Under the pieces are notes generated by a model that did not search any database, was not told where the DNA came from, and was given only the letters and a program-made list of their open reading frames with translations. From positions 1 through 45,778 of IMG/VR virus record IMGVR_UViG_3300035148_000140: a DNA stretch of 45,778 bases, one strand, 5' to 3'. The translations under genes were made by a program, and so were the position numbers. This DNA comes from a virus (Duplodnaviria; Caudoviricetes). This document shows, piece by piece, positions 37,688 to 45,623 of this stretch (its first letter is position 1; the number at the start of each line of letters is the position of its first letter).

Positions 37688-38110
37688 ATGCCCAAACGAC
37701 CAGCTCCACCACTCGACCTCGACTACCTCAAGCGCCGTCGATGGTGGAGCAATGTTGCAGTCGGTGCATCCGGCGAGTGTTGGCCATGGCTGCGCTCGAC
37801 CGGATCACATGGCTACGGCCAGAGCTACGACGGCATCACCGTTCGGCTCGCGCATCGCATCGCATGGGCCCTGACCAACGAGGCTCAGATCCCTGACGAC
37901 ATGACGATCGACCACCTCTGCCACAACCGCATCTGCTGCAACCCCACCCACCTGCGCGTGCTGACCAACGTCGACAACGCGACCGACAACCTCCAAGGAT
38001 CGAAGATGTCCTGCCCTCGCGGCCACAACTACGACACCACCAACACCTACATCAACCGAAAGGGCCACCGCATCTGTCGTGCCTGCGCCAAGCTGCGTCG
38101 GGGGTTCTGA
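37688..38110 (+). CDS. HNH endonuclease
   Basis: CWPW, GYG, AHRIAW, IDHLCHNRICCNPTHL, CPRGH, CRAC. Confidence 0.92.
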   Translation: MPKRPAPPLDLDYLKRRRWWSNVAVGASGECWPWLRSTGSHGYGQSYDGITVRLAHRIAWALTNEAQIPDDMTIDHLCHNRICCNPTHLRVLTNVDNATDNLQGSKMSCPRGHNYDTTNTYINRKGHRICRACAKLRRGF

Positions 38111-38112
38111 TC

Positions 38113-38355
38113 ATGCACTTCGATCAGAAGCTGTGGGATGCGCTCACTGCTCCGCATGCACACCGCCTCACCGTCATCGACTGCGCCCTGACCACGCTGC
38201 TCGCCAGCGAGGACGGGCCGGTCGGTGCACACTTCCTCGCGCTGCGTGTCGCGCATCCTGATGTCGACGAACCGTTCGACCTGATGTTCCGACTCACCCC
38301 GGCGATGGCCGAGCTGCTCGAGGAGAAGCTGCAGGCCCAGCTCAACGCCTACTGA
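38113..38355 (+). CDS. Hypothetical protein
   Basis: Operon packing. Confidence 0.65.
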   Translation: MHFDQKLWDALTAPHAHRLTVIDCALTTLLASEDGPVGAHFLALRVAHPDVDEPFDLMFRLTPAMAELLEEKLQAQLNAY

Positions 38356-38365
38356 GGGAGGACCA

Positions 38366-38668
38366 ATGGCCCATGATCCGTTGCGCTGCACCGGCTGTGG
38401 CGGTGAGGGCCTGGTCGCCTCACTCGATTGGTACGCCGGCACATCACATGCTGCCGGGCACTACTGCGCGAGCTGCGCCACGGCCATCGTCACCATGCTC
38501 AACCACCTGGGAGACACCATGCCCAACATCTACTCCATCCCTGTCGATCCCGACGAGGACATCGCCGAGCACCATCCCCGGTGCCAGTGTCCCGAGTGCC
38601 TCGACCTGCTCGACCAGCTCGACGACATCGAGTACGAGCGCCACCGCGACGAAAGGTACGCATCATGA
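38366..38668 (+). CDS. Cys-rich (CxxC) hypothetical protein
   Basis: GGAGG RBS; CTGC, CASC, CQCPEC; possible internal start at 38519. Confidence 0.65.
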   Translation: MAHDPLRCTGCGGEGLVASLDWYAGTSHAAGHYCASCATAIVTMLNHLGDTMPNIYSIPVDPDEDIAEHHPRCQCPECLDLLDQLDDIEYERHRDERYAS

Positions 38669-38943
38669 CCACCCGCCCCGACGACCCCACCATGACCACT
38701 CGCCTGAACGCCCTGGTCCGTCACCTCGAATCCCAGGGGTGGAAGATCAAGGATCAGATCGGATCCAACACCACCCTCTACCGCTGGTCCGACACGAAGT
38801 TCATCCGCGAGGAGCTCGTGCTCATCACGGACACCGCCGGTCGGCTCACCGCCTGGTCGACGTGGCGCAACGAGCGCACGCACATCGACGGCGACACCGG
38901 CCTGTTCGACCGTCTCGAAGCACTGATGGGGGTGCAGCCATGA
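38665..38943 (+). CDS. Hypothetical protein
   Basis: GAAAGG RBS; ATGA overlap. Confidence 0.7.
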   Translation: MTTRPDDPTMTTRLNALVRHLESQGWKIKDQIGSNTTLYRWSDTKFIREELVLITDTAGRLTAWSTWRNERTHIDGDTGLFDRLEALMGVQP

Positions 38944-39104
38944 GCCGTTTCAAGGGTGACCGCATCGACCCGCCCGACCACTACGACGAGTGCCTCGACA
39001 ACGACAGCGGTGAGTGCATTTGCAACGACCTCGACGAGGGCCGCGCCGAGGCACGCGCCGAAGCCATCCTCGACGATCTCGAATGGGATCGGACCCACCC
39101 ATGA
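38940..39104 (+). CDS. Small acidic Cys/His protein
   Basis: ATGA overlap; HYDEC...ECIC. Confidence 0.65.
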   Translation: MSRFKGDRIDPPDHYDECLDNDSGECICNDLDEGRAEARAEAILDDLEWDRTHP

Positions 39105-39373
39105 CGCACGAGCACACCTTCCAGCCCATCATCACCGTCGCCACCGATGACGACGGCAGCAACCCGCGCCTCACCGGCATCGACTGGGGTGACTCGTACG
39201 TGGCAACACACGACGAAGCCCTGCCCTACCCCGATGACCTCATCGTCGAGTACCCCGGCAGCTGTCCGTCGTCCGAGGCCGCCTGCGCGTTCGTCGATCG
39301 GCTGCTGCTGATCCGCCGCATCTACCACGACCTGATGCTGCTCGAAGAGGAGAACCACCGTGACCACCAATGA
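39101..39373 (+). CDS. Hypothetical protein
   Basis: ATGA overlap. Confidence 0.65.
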   Translation: MTHEHTFQPIITVATDDDGSNPRLTGIDWGDSYVATHDEALPYPDDLIVEYPGSCPSSEAACAFVDRLLLIRRIYHDLMLLEEENHRDHQ

Positions 39374-40208
39374 GCACATGGCCCACATCGTCGACACCCT
39401 CGTCCGCCAGATCGAGGACGGCGCCGGCGAGTGGCACATGCCCTGGACCCACAACGGACTGGCGGGCCTGCCGTACAACGCCTCGACGCTGGCCACCTAC
39501 CGAGGTGGCAACATCGTCTGGCTGTGGATGGCCGCCCTCGATCGGGGCTACACCAACCCACGCTGGGCCACGTACAAGCAGTGGTCGGCACTCGGCGCAC
39601 AGGTCCGCAAGGGCGAGAAGGCCACGCTCGCCATGGTCTGGAAGCCGATCGAACCCAAGGACGACGACGACACCAAGCCCAAGCGTGGCTTCTACCGCGC
39701 CTTCCCCCTGTTCAACACGGCGCAGGTCGACGGCGATCCGCTCGCCGCCGCCGTGCCCGACGAGCTCGAGCTCGACATCTTCATGCCCACGCTCGGCTTC
39801 GTCCCGGCCACCATCATCGAAGGCAACCCGTCGTACGACACGAAGAACGACGTGGTCCGCATGCCGCCGCACTCGGCGTTCGACAACGGCGATGCGTACT
39901 TCGCCACGCTGGCCCATGAGCTGGGCCACTGGACGGGGCACAGCACCCGGCTCAACCGTGAGTACGGCAAGCGCTTCGGTGACGAGGCGTACGCCGCCGA
40001 GGAGCTGGTCGCTGAGATGTCCGCCGCCTTCACGTGCGCCACCTTCGCCGTGCCCACCGTCGAACGTCTCGACCATGCCGCCTACCTCGAGCACTGGATC
40101 AAGATGCTCAAGGCCACACCCGACATCCTCTTCACCGTCGCGTCCAAGGCGCAGGCGGCGACCGACCATCTCCTCTCGCACCGCCCAGCCATGGAGGCAG
40201 CAGCATGA
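39360..40208 (+). CDS. ardC: ArdC-family antirestriction/ssDNA-binding protein with zincin-like domain
   Basis: W.MPW, YRGGN, WATYKQW...GAQVRKGEKA, FN..QV, HELGHWTGH..RLNR, YAAEELVAE, HAAYLEHW. Confidence 0.92.
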   Translation: MTTNEHMAHIVDTLVRQIEDGAGEWHMPWTHNGLAGLPYNASTLATYRGGNIVWLWMAALDRGYTNPRWATYKQWSALGAQVRKGEKATLAMVWKPIEPKDDDDTKPKRGFYRAFPLFNTAQVDGDPLAAAVPDELELDIFMPTLGFVPATIIEGNPSYDTKNDVVRMPPHSAFDNGDAYFATLAHELGHWTGHSTRLNREYGKRFGDEAYAAEELVAEMSAAFTCATFAVPTVERLDHAAYLEHWIKMLKATPDILFTVASKAQAATDHLLSHRPAMEAAA

Positions 40209-40522
40209 AGTTCTGTCTGGATGGACCACGACTCAGCGAGCACACCGGCAACGTCGAGCACTACTGCCATCTGCCCGCCGGTCACGACGGCGACCATGCC
40301 TGCAAGGGCCCGACCTGCGACATGACGTGGCCACAGCGCAGCCGCCTGGATGCCGAGGACTTCGACGCCATCACGCCCGGGTTCCGTGAGCTCGACGGCG
40401 TGATGTGGTGCCTCACCCATCTCGGCATCGTCAACGAGGACGAGTCGAACTGCAACCGCATCCACGACGACGAGGACTCGTGCCTCGTCACCCCACTCTT
40501 CATCGAGGACCACACATCATGA
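40205..40522 (+). CDS. Cys/His-rich hypothetical protein
   Basis: GGAGG RBS; CHLPAGHDGDH motif. Confidence 0.7.
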   Translation: MKFCLDGPRLSEHTGNVEHYCHLPAGHDGDHACKGPTCDMTWPQRSRLDAEDFDAITPGFRELDGVMWCLTHLGIVNEDESNCNRIHDDEDSCLVTPLFIEDHTS

Positions 40523-40803
40523 CCACTTCGTTCACCGCATGGAAGCGACGCATCAAGCCGGGCGTCATCGTCCAGATCATCAACCACCGCTATCCCGACC
40601 TCGATCGCGTCCGCCCGGTGCTGCGCGCTCAGGGCCGAGCGTTCACCGCCGAGGTCACCCGCGCCGATGGCACCACCGTCGAATCGTGGATCAGCTACCC
40701 GCCGTCGGCCAAGGACGTGACCATCATCAACGAGGACACCGTCACCTGGCAGGGGCTCAACGGACCAGGCATGACCATCGTCATTCTCGAGGAGCCATCA
40801 TGA
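40519..40803 (+). CDS. Hypothetical protein
   Basis: GAGGA RBS; ATGA overlap. Confidence 0.7.
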   Translation: MTTSFTAWKRRIKPGVIVQIINHRYPDLDRVRPVLRAQGRAFTAEVTRADGTTVESWISYPPSAKDVTIINEDTVTWQGLNGPGMTIVILEEPS

Positions 40804-41144
40804 CCATCACCGACGATCAGCTCATCGCCATGTTCAACAGCCGGCTCGACTATGCCAAGCGCTTCGTCATCGGCATGCTCCCCCAGTGGGACATGACCAA
40901 GCCCTGCCCGAACTGCAACCCCGCCGAAGACGACGCCGCCTGGTCCCTCGAGGAGTACGGCTACACCCGCTCATCGAACGTCGATGTCCTCGTCAACGAG
41001 ACGACCGGCAAGCTCTACCCCCACGGCACGACCAACGGATGGGACGACTACTCCGAAGGCGGGTATCTCGAGTACATCCGCTGCAGGCACTGCGATGCCA
41101 CGTTCCGTCTGCCCGACGGCGTGCTCATTCAGGACTGGGACTGA
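40800..41144 (+). CDS. Zn-ribbon-like hypothetical protein
   Basis: GAGGAG RBS; CPNC...CRHC. Confidence 0.7.
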   Translation: MTITDDQLIAMFNSRLDYAKRFVIGMLPQWDMTKPCPNCNPAEDDAAWSLEEYGYTRSSNVDVLVNETTGKLYPHGTTNGWDDYSEGGYLEYIRCRHCDATFRLPDGVLIQDWD

Positions 41145-41145
41145 C

Positions 41146-41418
41146 ATGGGCGACATCGAAGGCACCGACGCGATCATGGCCTCGTACTCCGAGGCGTACC
41201 GGTTCCGTGGTGGCATGCCACCCGAGCCGACGTGCGCCGAGTGCGACGAGCCGTTCGACTGGAACGTGGACGATCCGTCCTCGCTCATCTGCTCCCGCTG
41301 CATGGGCGAGTGCAACACCTGCGGCGACACCGGACGGTGGACGACCACCGACGAGCACGCCGACCCGACCGTCATCATCGACCTCGGTCCCTGTCCCGAC
41401 TGCTCGGCCGATGGCTGA
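41146..41418 (+). CDS. Multi-CxxC zinc-finger-like protein
   Basis: CAEC, CSRC, CNTC, CPDC. Confidence 0.7.
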   Translation: MGDIEGTDAIMASYSEAYRFRGGMPPEPTCAECDEPFDWNVDDPSSLICSRCMGECNTCGDTGRWTTTDEHADPTVIIDLGPCPDCSADG

Positions 41419-41629
41419 GTACCCCTCGATCCGTCGAGCCGCGCAGGAACGCCGACTGTGCAAGCTCGACGACGGACGTGAGTGCCGGCTGTTCTACTGG
41501 CCACGCGACTCACCACGCGCCGAGGCCAAGGTGAAGCTCGGCTCCCGCCACGTGTGGGTACCGCAGTCATCCATCATCTGGATCGACGGCGTGCAGTTGG
41601 ACACGTCCAACGAGACACCCATCAACTAG
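41411..41629 (+). CDS. Hypothetical protein
   Basis: Overlapping start; ends before an intergenic gap. Confidence 0.6.
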   Translation: MAEYPSIRRAAQERRLCKLDDGRECRLFYWPRDSPRAEAKVKLGSRHVWVPQSSIIWIDGVQLDTSNETPIN

Positions 41630-41676
41630 ACTCCCTGTTGCAACGACTGAGCTACCGGCTCGGAAAGGACTTCCAG

Positions 41677-42669
41677 ATGTCCATCAAGCGATCCGTCGAG
41701 GATCTCCCCTACGCCAAGCCACGGCAAGGCGTCCCACCCGCAGCGCAGCCCGTCGTGGTGCATCGCCTGGCCGAAGCCTGGTTCGATGAGTACGTCGAGA
41801 AGGGCAACCTCGACTACCTCGCGGCGATCCCCGAGCTGCCCTACCGTGCGTCGATGGCGGGCACCCGCTGTGACAGGCAGATGTGGTACAAGCTCACATC
41901 CGCTGACGCGACCAACCCGCCCACGCTCTCGGGCTACTGGCGCATGGGCCTCGGCTCCATGGTGCACGACGCACTGCAGGCCACGCTCACCGCCGAGTTC
42001 GTTGGCGACACCGACGACCGCCTCGTCAAGTGGGAGGTGGAGGTGGACGTCGACCTCCGCACGATCGGCATCCAGGGTTCCGCTCACGCCGACCTCGTTC
42101 GCTACAAGCGGGCCACGATCGACGACGAGTGGCAAGCCGATCTCGTCGTGGAGCTCAAGACCGTCGGCGGGTTCGCCTTCAAGATGGCCGTGTCCTCGAT
42201 GAAGGGCCCGCCGCAGGGACCGAAGTACGGCCACGTCGTGCAGGGCGCGCTCGCTGCAGCTGGGCTCGGCGCCTCGAAGCTGGCGATCGGGTACCTGTCG
42301 ATGGAGAACATTTCCGCCTCGATGGCGCACACCGTGAACACCGACCTCGACAAGTTCTGCGCCGAGTGGCAGTACCGGATGGAGGACATGGCCGATGTGG
42401 TCGAGGCCGAGCGCATCCGCATCACCCGCATCCTCAAGCAGGTCGATGCCGAGATCCTCCCCATCCGTTCCATCGACGATCCGCTCGAGGTGTCGGCCGG
42501 CGCCGTCATCGTCGACTTCCCGCCGAAGCGCAAGGCGCGCTGGCAGGTCGTCGTCAACGACACGATCATCGACACGGGCGACTACTGGGCCTGCGACTAC
42601 TGCGACTTCAAGGATCGCTGCGTCGCGGACGGGCCCGGCGATGTCGTCACCACCGAAGCGGAGTTCTGA
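41677..42669 (+). CDS. PD-(D/E)XK Cas4/RecB-like exonuclease
   Basis: GAAAGGA RBS; CDRQMWY, G..VH, G..HAD, VELKT, Q, C-terminal CDYCDFKDRC. Confidence 0.85.
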   Translation: MSIKRSVEDLPYAKPRQGVPPAAQPVVVHRLAEAWFDEYVEKGNLDYLAAIPELPYRASMAGTRCDRQMWYKLTSADATNPPTLSGYWRMGLGSMVHDALQATLTAEFVGDTDDRLVKWEVEVDVDLRTIGIQGSAHADLVRYKRATIDDEWQADLVVELKTVGGFAFKMAVSSMKGPPQGPKYGHVVQGALAAAGLGASKLAIGYLSMENISASMAHTVNTDLDKFCAEWQYRMEDMADVVEAERIRITRILKQVDAEILPIRSIDDPLEVSAGAVIVDFPPKRKARWQVVVNDTIIDTGDYWACDYCDFKDRCVADGPGDVVTTEAEF

Positions 42670-42959
42670 TGAGCGACCGTTTCCGAGTGACCGTCAACGG
42701 CGGTGTCCGCATCGCCTCCAACACCACCATCCACGGCGCAGCGATGGCCGTGGTCAACGACCCGCACGGATGGAAGTACGTCCGCTGCATGCGTGACCCG
42801 AACATCGTCGCCGCCATCGACCCACAGAGAGGAGTGATCGCAGTCACTCACGCCGGCACCACCGTCCAGCCATCCGAACCCACCTACCCCGACTGGGTGA
42901 CACCACTCCGTCGGCTGCTCACCGTCAACCTGCCCATCTTCAAGGAGACCCCCTCGTGA
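42669..42959 (+). CDS. Hypothetical protein
   Basis: TGATG overlap; GGAG RBS. Confidence 0.65.
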   Translation: MSDRFRVTVNGGVRIASNTTIHGAAMAVVNDPHGWKYVRCMRDPNIVAAIDPQRGVIAVTHAGTTVQPSEPTYPDWVTPLRRLLTVNLPIFKETPS

Positions 42960-44350
42960 CCAAGTCCAACCAGCCCACGCTCGCCCTCAACACGGACGAG
43001 TACCGCCTCATCAACCTCAGCCTCATCGACCCGGCCGATGACAACGTGCGTGACAACGTCGGTGACGTCACCGATCTCGCCGCCTCCATCCGCAACGTCG
43101 GCCTGCAGCAACCGCTGCGTGTCACGCCCGTCGGTGACCGCTTCAAGATCGTGGCCGGCCACCGCCGCTACGCCGCCATCCAGTCCCTCGGTGACGCCGT
43201 GTCCCCGAACATCCCGTGCATGGTCGCACCCGAGAACATGGCCGACGACACCCGTGTCGCAGCGATGCTCGTCGAGAACCTGCAGCGTTCGGACCTCAAC
43301 CCGATCGAGGAAGCCCATGCCTTCTTGCGACTGACCGCCGAGTTCGGGTACAAGCAGGCCGACCTGGCCAAGCGCATCGCCCGCTCCACCACGTACGTCA
43401 GCCAGCGCATCTCGCTGCTCAAGCTGCCCGAGCTGGTGATCGAGCAAGTCCGCAACGACGAGCTGCCCCTCGCGGTCGCCGTCGACCTGACCCGGATCAC
43501 CGATGACGCCACCGTGCTCGCCCTCACCGCCAACGGCAAGGTCGTGCCCAAGCCGGATCAGATCGCCGGGGCCGTCAACCGGATCAAGGCGACCAAGCTC
43601 AAGGCGCAGATGATCGAGGAGCTCGACGCCCGAGGCATCCGCCACACCCAGGAGCGCATCCCCAACAACACCAAGACCCTCGGCATGATCACCTCGGTCA
43701 AGGAGCTGGGCGAACTGGCCAAGCTGCCGAAGACGGCGATCGCCTACGTCAACGTCTCGACGTGGGACGGCACGGTCAAGGTCACCTTCGCCCGGGAGAT
43801 GACCGACGCCGAGATGGCCAAGGTGCAGGAGGAGCTCACCGCCAAGCGCACCGAGGCGCAACGCCAGTGGGCCGAGGACCAGGCCAAGGCCAAGGAGGCG
43901 AAGCTCGCCGCCATGGATCCGAAGCTGGCCGAGTGGGAGCTCGCCGCCGAGAAGGCCCGAGCCGAGCACCGTGCCGCCTGCAAGGACCACGAGGACAAGG
44001 TCGAGTCGGCCACCCGCACGTGGATCAAGCAGGTCAACCAGAAGGACGCGTTGCGCTGGGCGGCGATCTTCACCGTGATGAACGGCAACGCCTACTCGGT
44101 GCTCGAGTCCCTCGACCTGACGTGCGGCGAGGACGAGGATCCCGAGGACGTGCTCGTCAACTTCGCCATCGAGTCGGCCGCCAACCTGGCCGCCGCCGTC
44201 GTGGCCTCGCTGTTCACGCAGTACTCGGGTCAGGTGCCGTCGGAGATCTTCACCGCACGGGACGCCTACCTCGCCAGCCACAACCTCGGTGCGGAGCCGG
44301 AGCTCGTGCTCCCGCCGAAGCCAGACCTGTCGGGCGAAGCCGCCGCCTGA
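42956..44350 (+). CDS. parB: ParB/Spo0J-like protein with a long C-terminal extension
   Basis: NVR, LAASI..VGLQQP, IVAGHRRY.A, LVENLQRSDLNPIEEA, HTH QADLAKRIARSTTYVSQRISLL. Confidence 0.9.
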   Translation: MTKSNQPTLALNTDEYRLINLSLIDPADDNVRDNVGDVTDLAASIRNVGLQQPLRVTPVGDRFKIVAGHRRYAAIQSLGDAVSPNIPCMVAPENMADDTRVAAMLVENLQRSDLNPIEEAHAFLRLTAEFGYKQADLAKRIARSTTYVSQRISLLKLPELVIEQVRNDELPLAVAVDLTRITDDATVLALTANGKVVPKPDQIAGAVNRIKATKLKAQMIEELDARGIRHTQERIPNNTKTLGMITSVKELGELAKLPKTAIAYVNVSTWDGTVKVTFAREMTDAEMAKVQEELTAKRTEAQRQWAEDQAKAKEAKLAAMDPKLAEWELAAEKARAEHRAACKDHEDKVESATRTWIKQVNQKDALRWAAIFTVMNGNAYSVLESLDLTCGEDEDPEDVLVNFAIESAANLAAAVVASLFTQYSGQVPSEIFTARDAYLASHNLGAEPELVLPPKPDLSGEAAA

Positions 44351-44358
44351 CACCCGTT

Positions 44359-44394
44359 CGTGCAGCCGGAGGCTCCGCCACCTCCGGCTGCACG
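44359..44394 (+). terminator. 14-bp perfect hairpin after the ParB-like gene
   Basis: CGTGCAGCCGGAGG-N8-CCTCCGGCTGCACG. Confidence 0.7.
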
Positions 44395-44415
44395 GCCCAA
44401 CCGAAAGGACCAGTC

Positions 44416-44751
44416 ATGCCCCACGCCCGTCGCTCCGACCCCACCTCCTCGCACATCACCGTCGCCTCGATCGCCAAGGACGGCACGATGCGCGCCGACC
44501 TGCTCACCGCCGCCCGCTCCCTGCCCGGCCCGTTCAACGACACCGAGCTGTGGGAACGCGTCGAGCTGCAGACCCAGCGCCGCTGGCAGCGCAACGTCGT
44601 CGCCCGCACCCGTGACCTGATGGAGCGGGACGGCATCTTCGTCCGCCTCGGCATGTCCACCTACAAGGGAGGCCGGGCCCTCGTCGACTTCGAGCTGGCC
44701 CCCGAGTACCGCACCACCACCGTCGCCTGGCAACAGCCGACCCTTCTCTGA
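44416..44751 (+). CDS. Putative winged-helix DNA-binding protein
   Basis: GAAAGGA RBS; ARRSDPTSSH...DTEL...RTRDLMERDG pattern. Confidence 0.65.
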   Translation: MPHARRSDPTSSHITVASIAKDGTMRADLLTAARSLPGPFNDTELWERVELQTQRRWQRNVVARTRDLMERDGIFVRLGMSTYKGGRALVDFELAPEYRTTTVAWQQPTLL

Positions 44752-44759
44752 GGAGCACC

Positions 44760-44960
44760 ATGCCCAGCACTTCGTACTTCGGTCACTGGGTGATCGCCAC
44801 CGACCAACACGGCGTCGAGCCGATCCTCTACGTGTCGCGCGCCGAAGCCGAGCGTGCGCTCACCCGCCTGCGCGAGTCCAACCTCGTCGCCTACCGCAAC
44901 GTCGAGTGGTTCATCCAGTGCACGAACATCGACATCACCGAATCCATCACCTACGGCTAG
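44760..44960 (+). CDS. Hypothetical protein
   Basis: GAGGAG RBS. Confidence 0.7.
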   Translation: MPSTSYFGHWVIATDQHGVEPILYVSRAEAERALTRLRESNLVAYRNVEWFIQCTNIDITESITYG

Positions 44961-44968
44961 GAGCCATC

Positions 44969-45190
44969 ATGCCCAAGTACAGCGTCCCCGTCACCCGTCG
45001 ATTCATCGACGTCTACATCGTCGAGGCCAAGTCCCCGACCGCAGCCGGCGTCGAGGTCGGCAAGGCCATCGCCCTCGAGCTGGCCCCCGCGCACACCACC
45101 CCGACGAGCATGGCCATCGGTTCGGCCAAGCTCATCATCGAGGAGCCGACCATCGCCGTCGACGCACACCTGGATGACGTCGGTGACTGA
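44969..45190 (+). CDS. Hypothetical protein
   Basis: AGGAG RBS; ATG at 44969. Confidence 0.7.
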   Translation: MPKYSVPVTRRFIDVYIVEAKSPTAAGVEVGKAIALELAPAHTTPTSMAIGSAKLIIEEPTIAVDAHLDDVGD

Positions 45191-45302
45191 GCTGCCGCCC
45201 GAGCTCTACGACCAGGACGCCGAGCAGGCTGCCGCCTGGTGCGACCGCTGCGGGATCTACCACTCGACCACGTTGGACTGCCCGTCCGATGACGACGACT
45301 GA
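45174..45302 (+). CDS. About 40-aa CxxC...H...C miniprotein (not in the ORF track)
   Basis: MTSVTELPPELYDQDAEQAAAWCDRCGIYHSTTLDCPSDDDD; start could be GTG 45183. Confidence 0.5.
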   Translation: MTSVTELPPELYDQDAEQAAAWCDRCGIYHSTTLDCPSDDDD

Positions 45303-45441
45303 CGACATCCCGACCAAGCGCTGCCCGTGGGACACCAACCGGGTCGGTGAGTGCACGCGCTGCACCCGGCCCGGCTGGACCTGCAACGGCTTCGGCCCCA
45401 TCCCCAACCGCCCACGTCCCGAACCGACAGGACACCCATGA
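45289..45441 (+). CDS. 50-aa Cys-rich miniprotein (not in the ORF track)
   Basis: MTTTDDIPTKRCPWDTNRVGECTRCTRPGWTC...; stop overlaps the next ATG. Confidence 0.55.
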   Translation: MTTTDDIPTKRCPWDTNRVGECTRCTRPGWTCNGFGPIPNRPRPEPTGHP

Positions 45442-45623
45442 CCCGCTCACGTCCCCGGCAGTGCCCCGACTGCCACAAGCCCATCGCTCAGGGCGACTGC
45501 CCGCACGTCGAGTTCCGCTACGGCCAGGCGATCATGTCCGAGCGTGGGTTCAACCGGCTGCTCGCCGCGCTCGACATGGCCAAGGCCGAGCTCGACATCT
45601 ACCGCAACGGAGAAACCCCATGA
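45438..45623 (+). CDS. Small CxxC protein
   Basis: AGGA RBS; MTRSRPRQCPDCHKP..DCPH. Confidence 0.65.
   Translation: MTRSRPRQCPDCHKPIAQGDCPHVEFRYGQAIMSERGFNRLLAALDMAKAELDIYRNGETP

Noticed and set aside
41677-42669. Cas4-like gene as part of a CRISPR system
   Set aside because: No repeat-spacer array or other cas genes; solo Cas4-like nucleases are common in phages
13441-43873. Near-matches to the polar motif at 13441, 16798, 43312 and 43857
   Set aside because: Two mismatches or wrong spacer length; the 13441 match is explained by a hairpin; none counted
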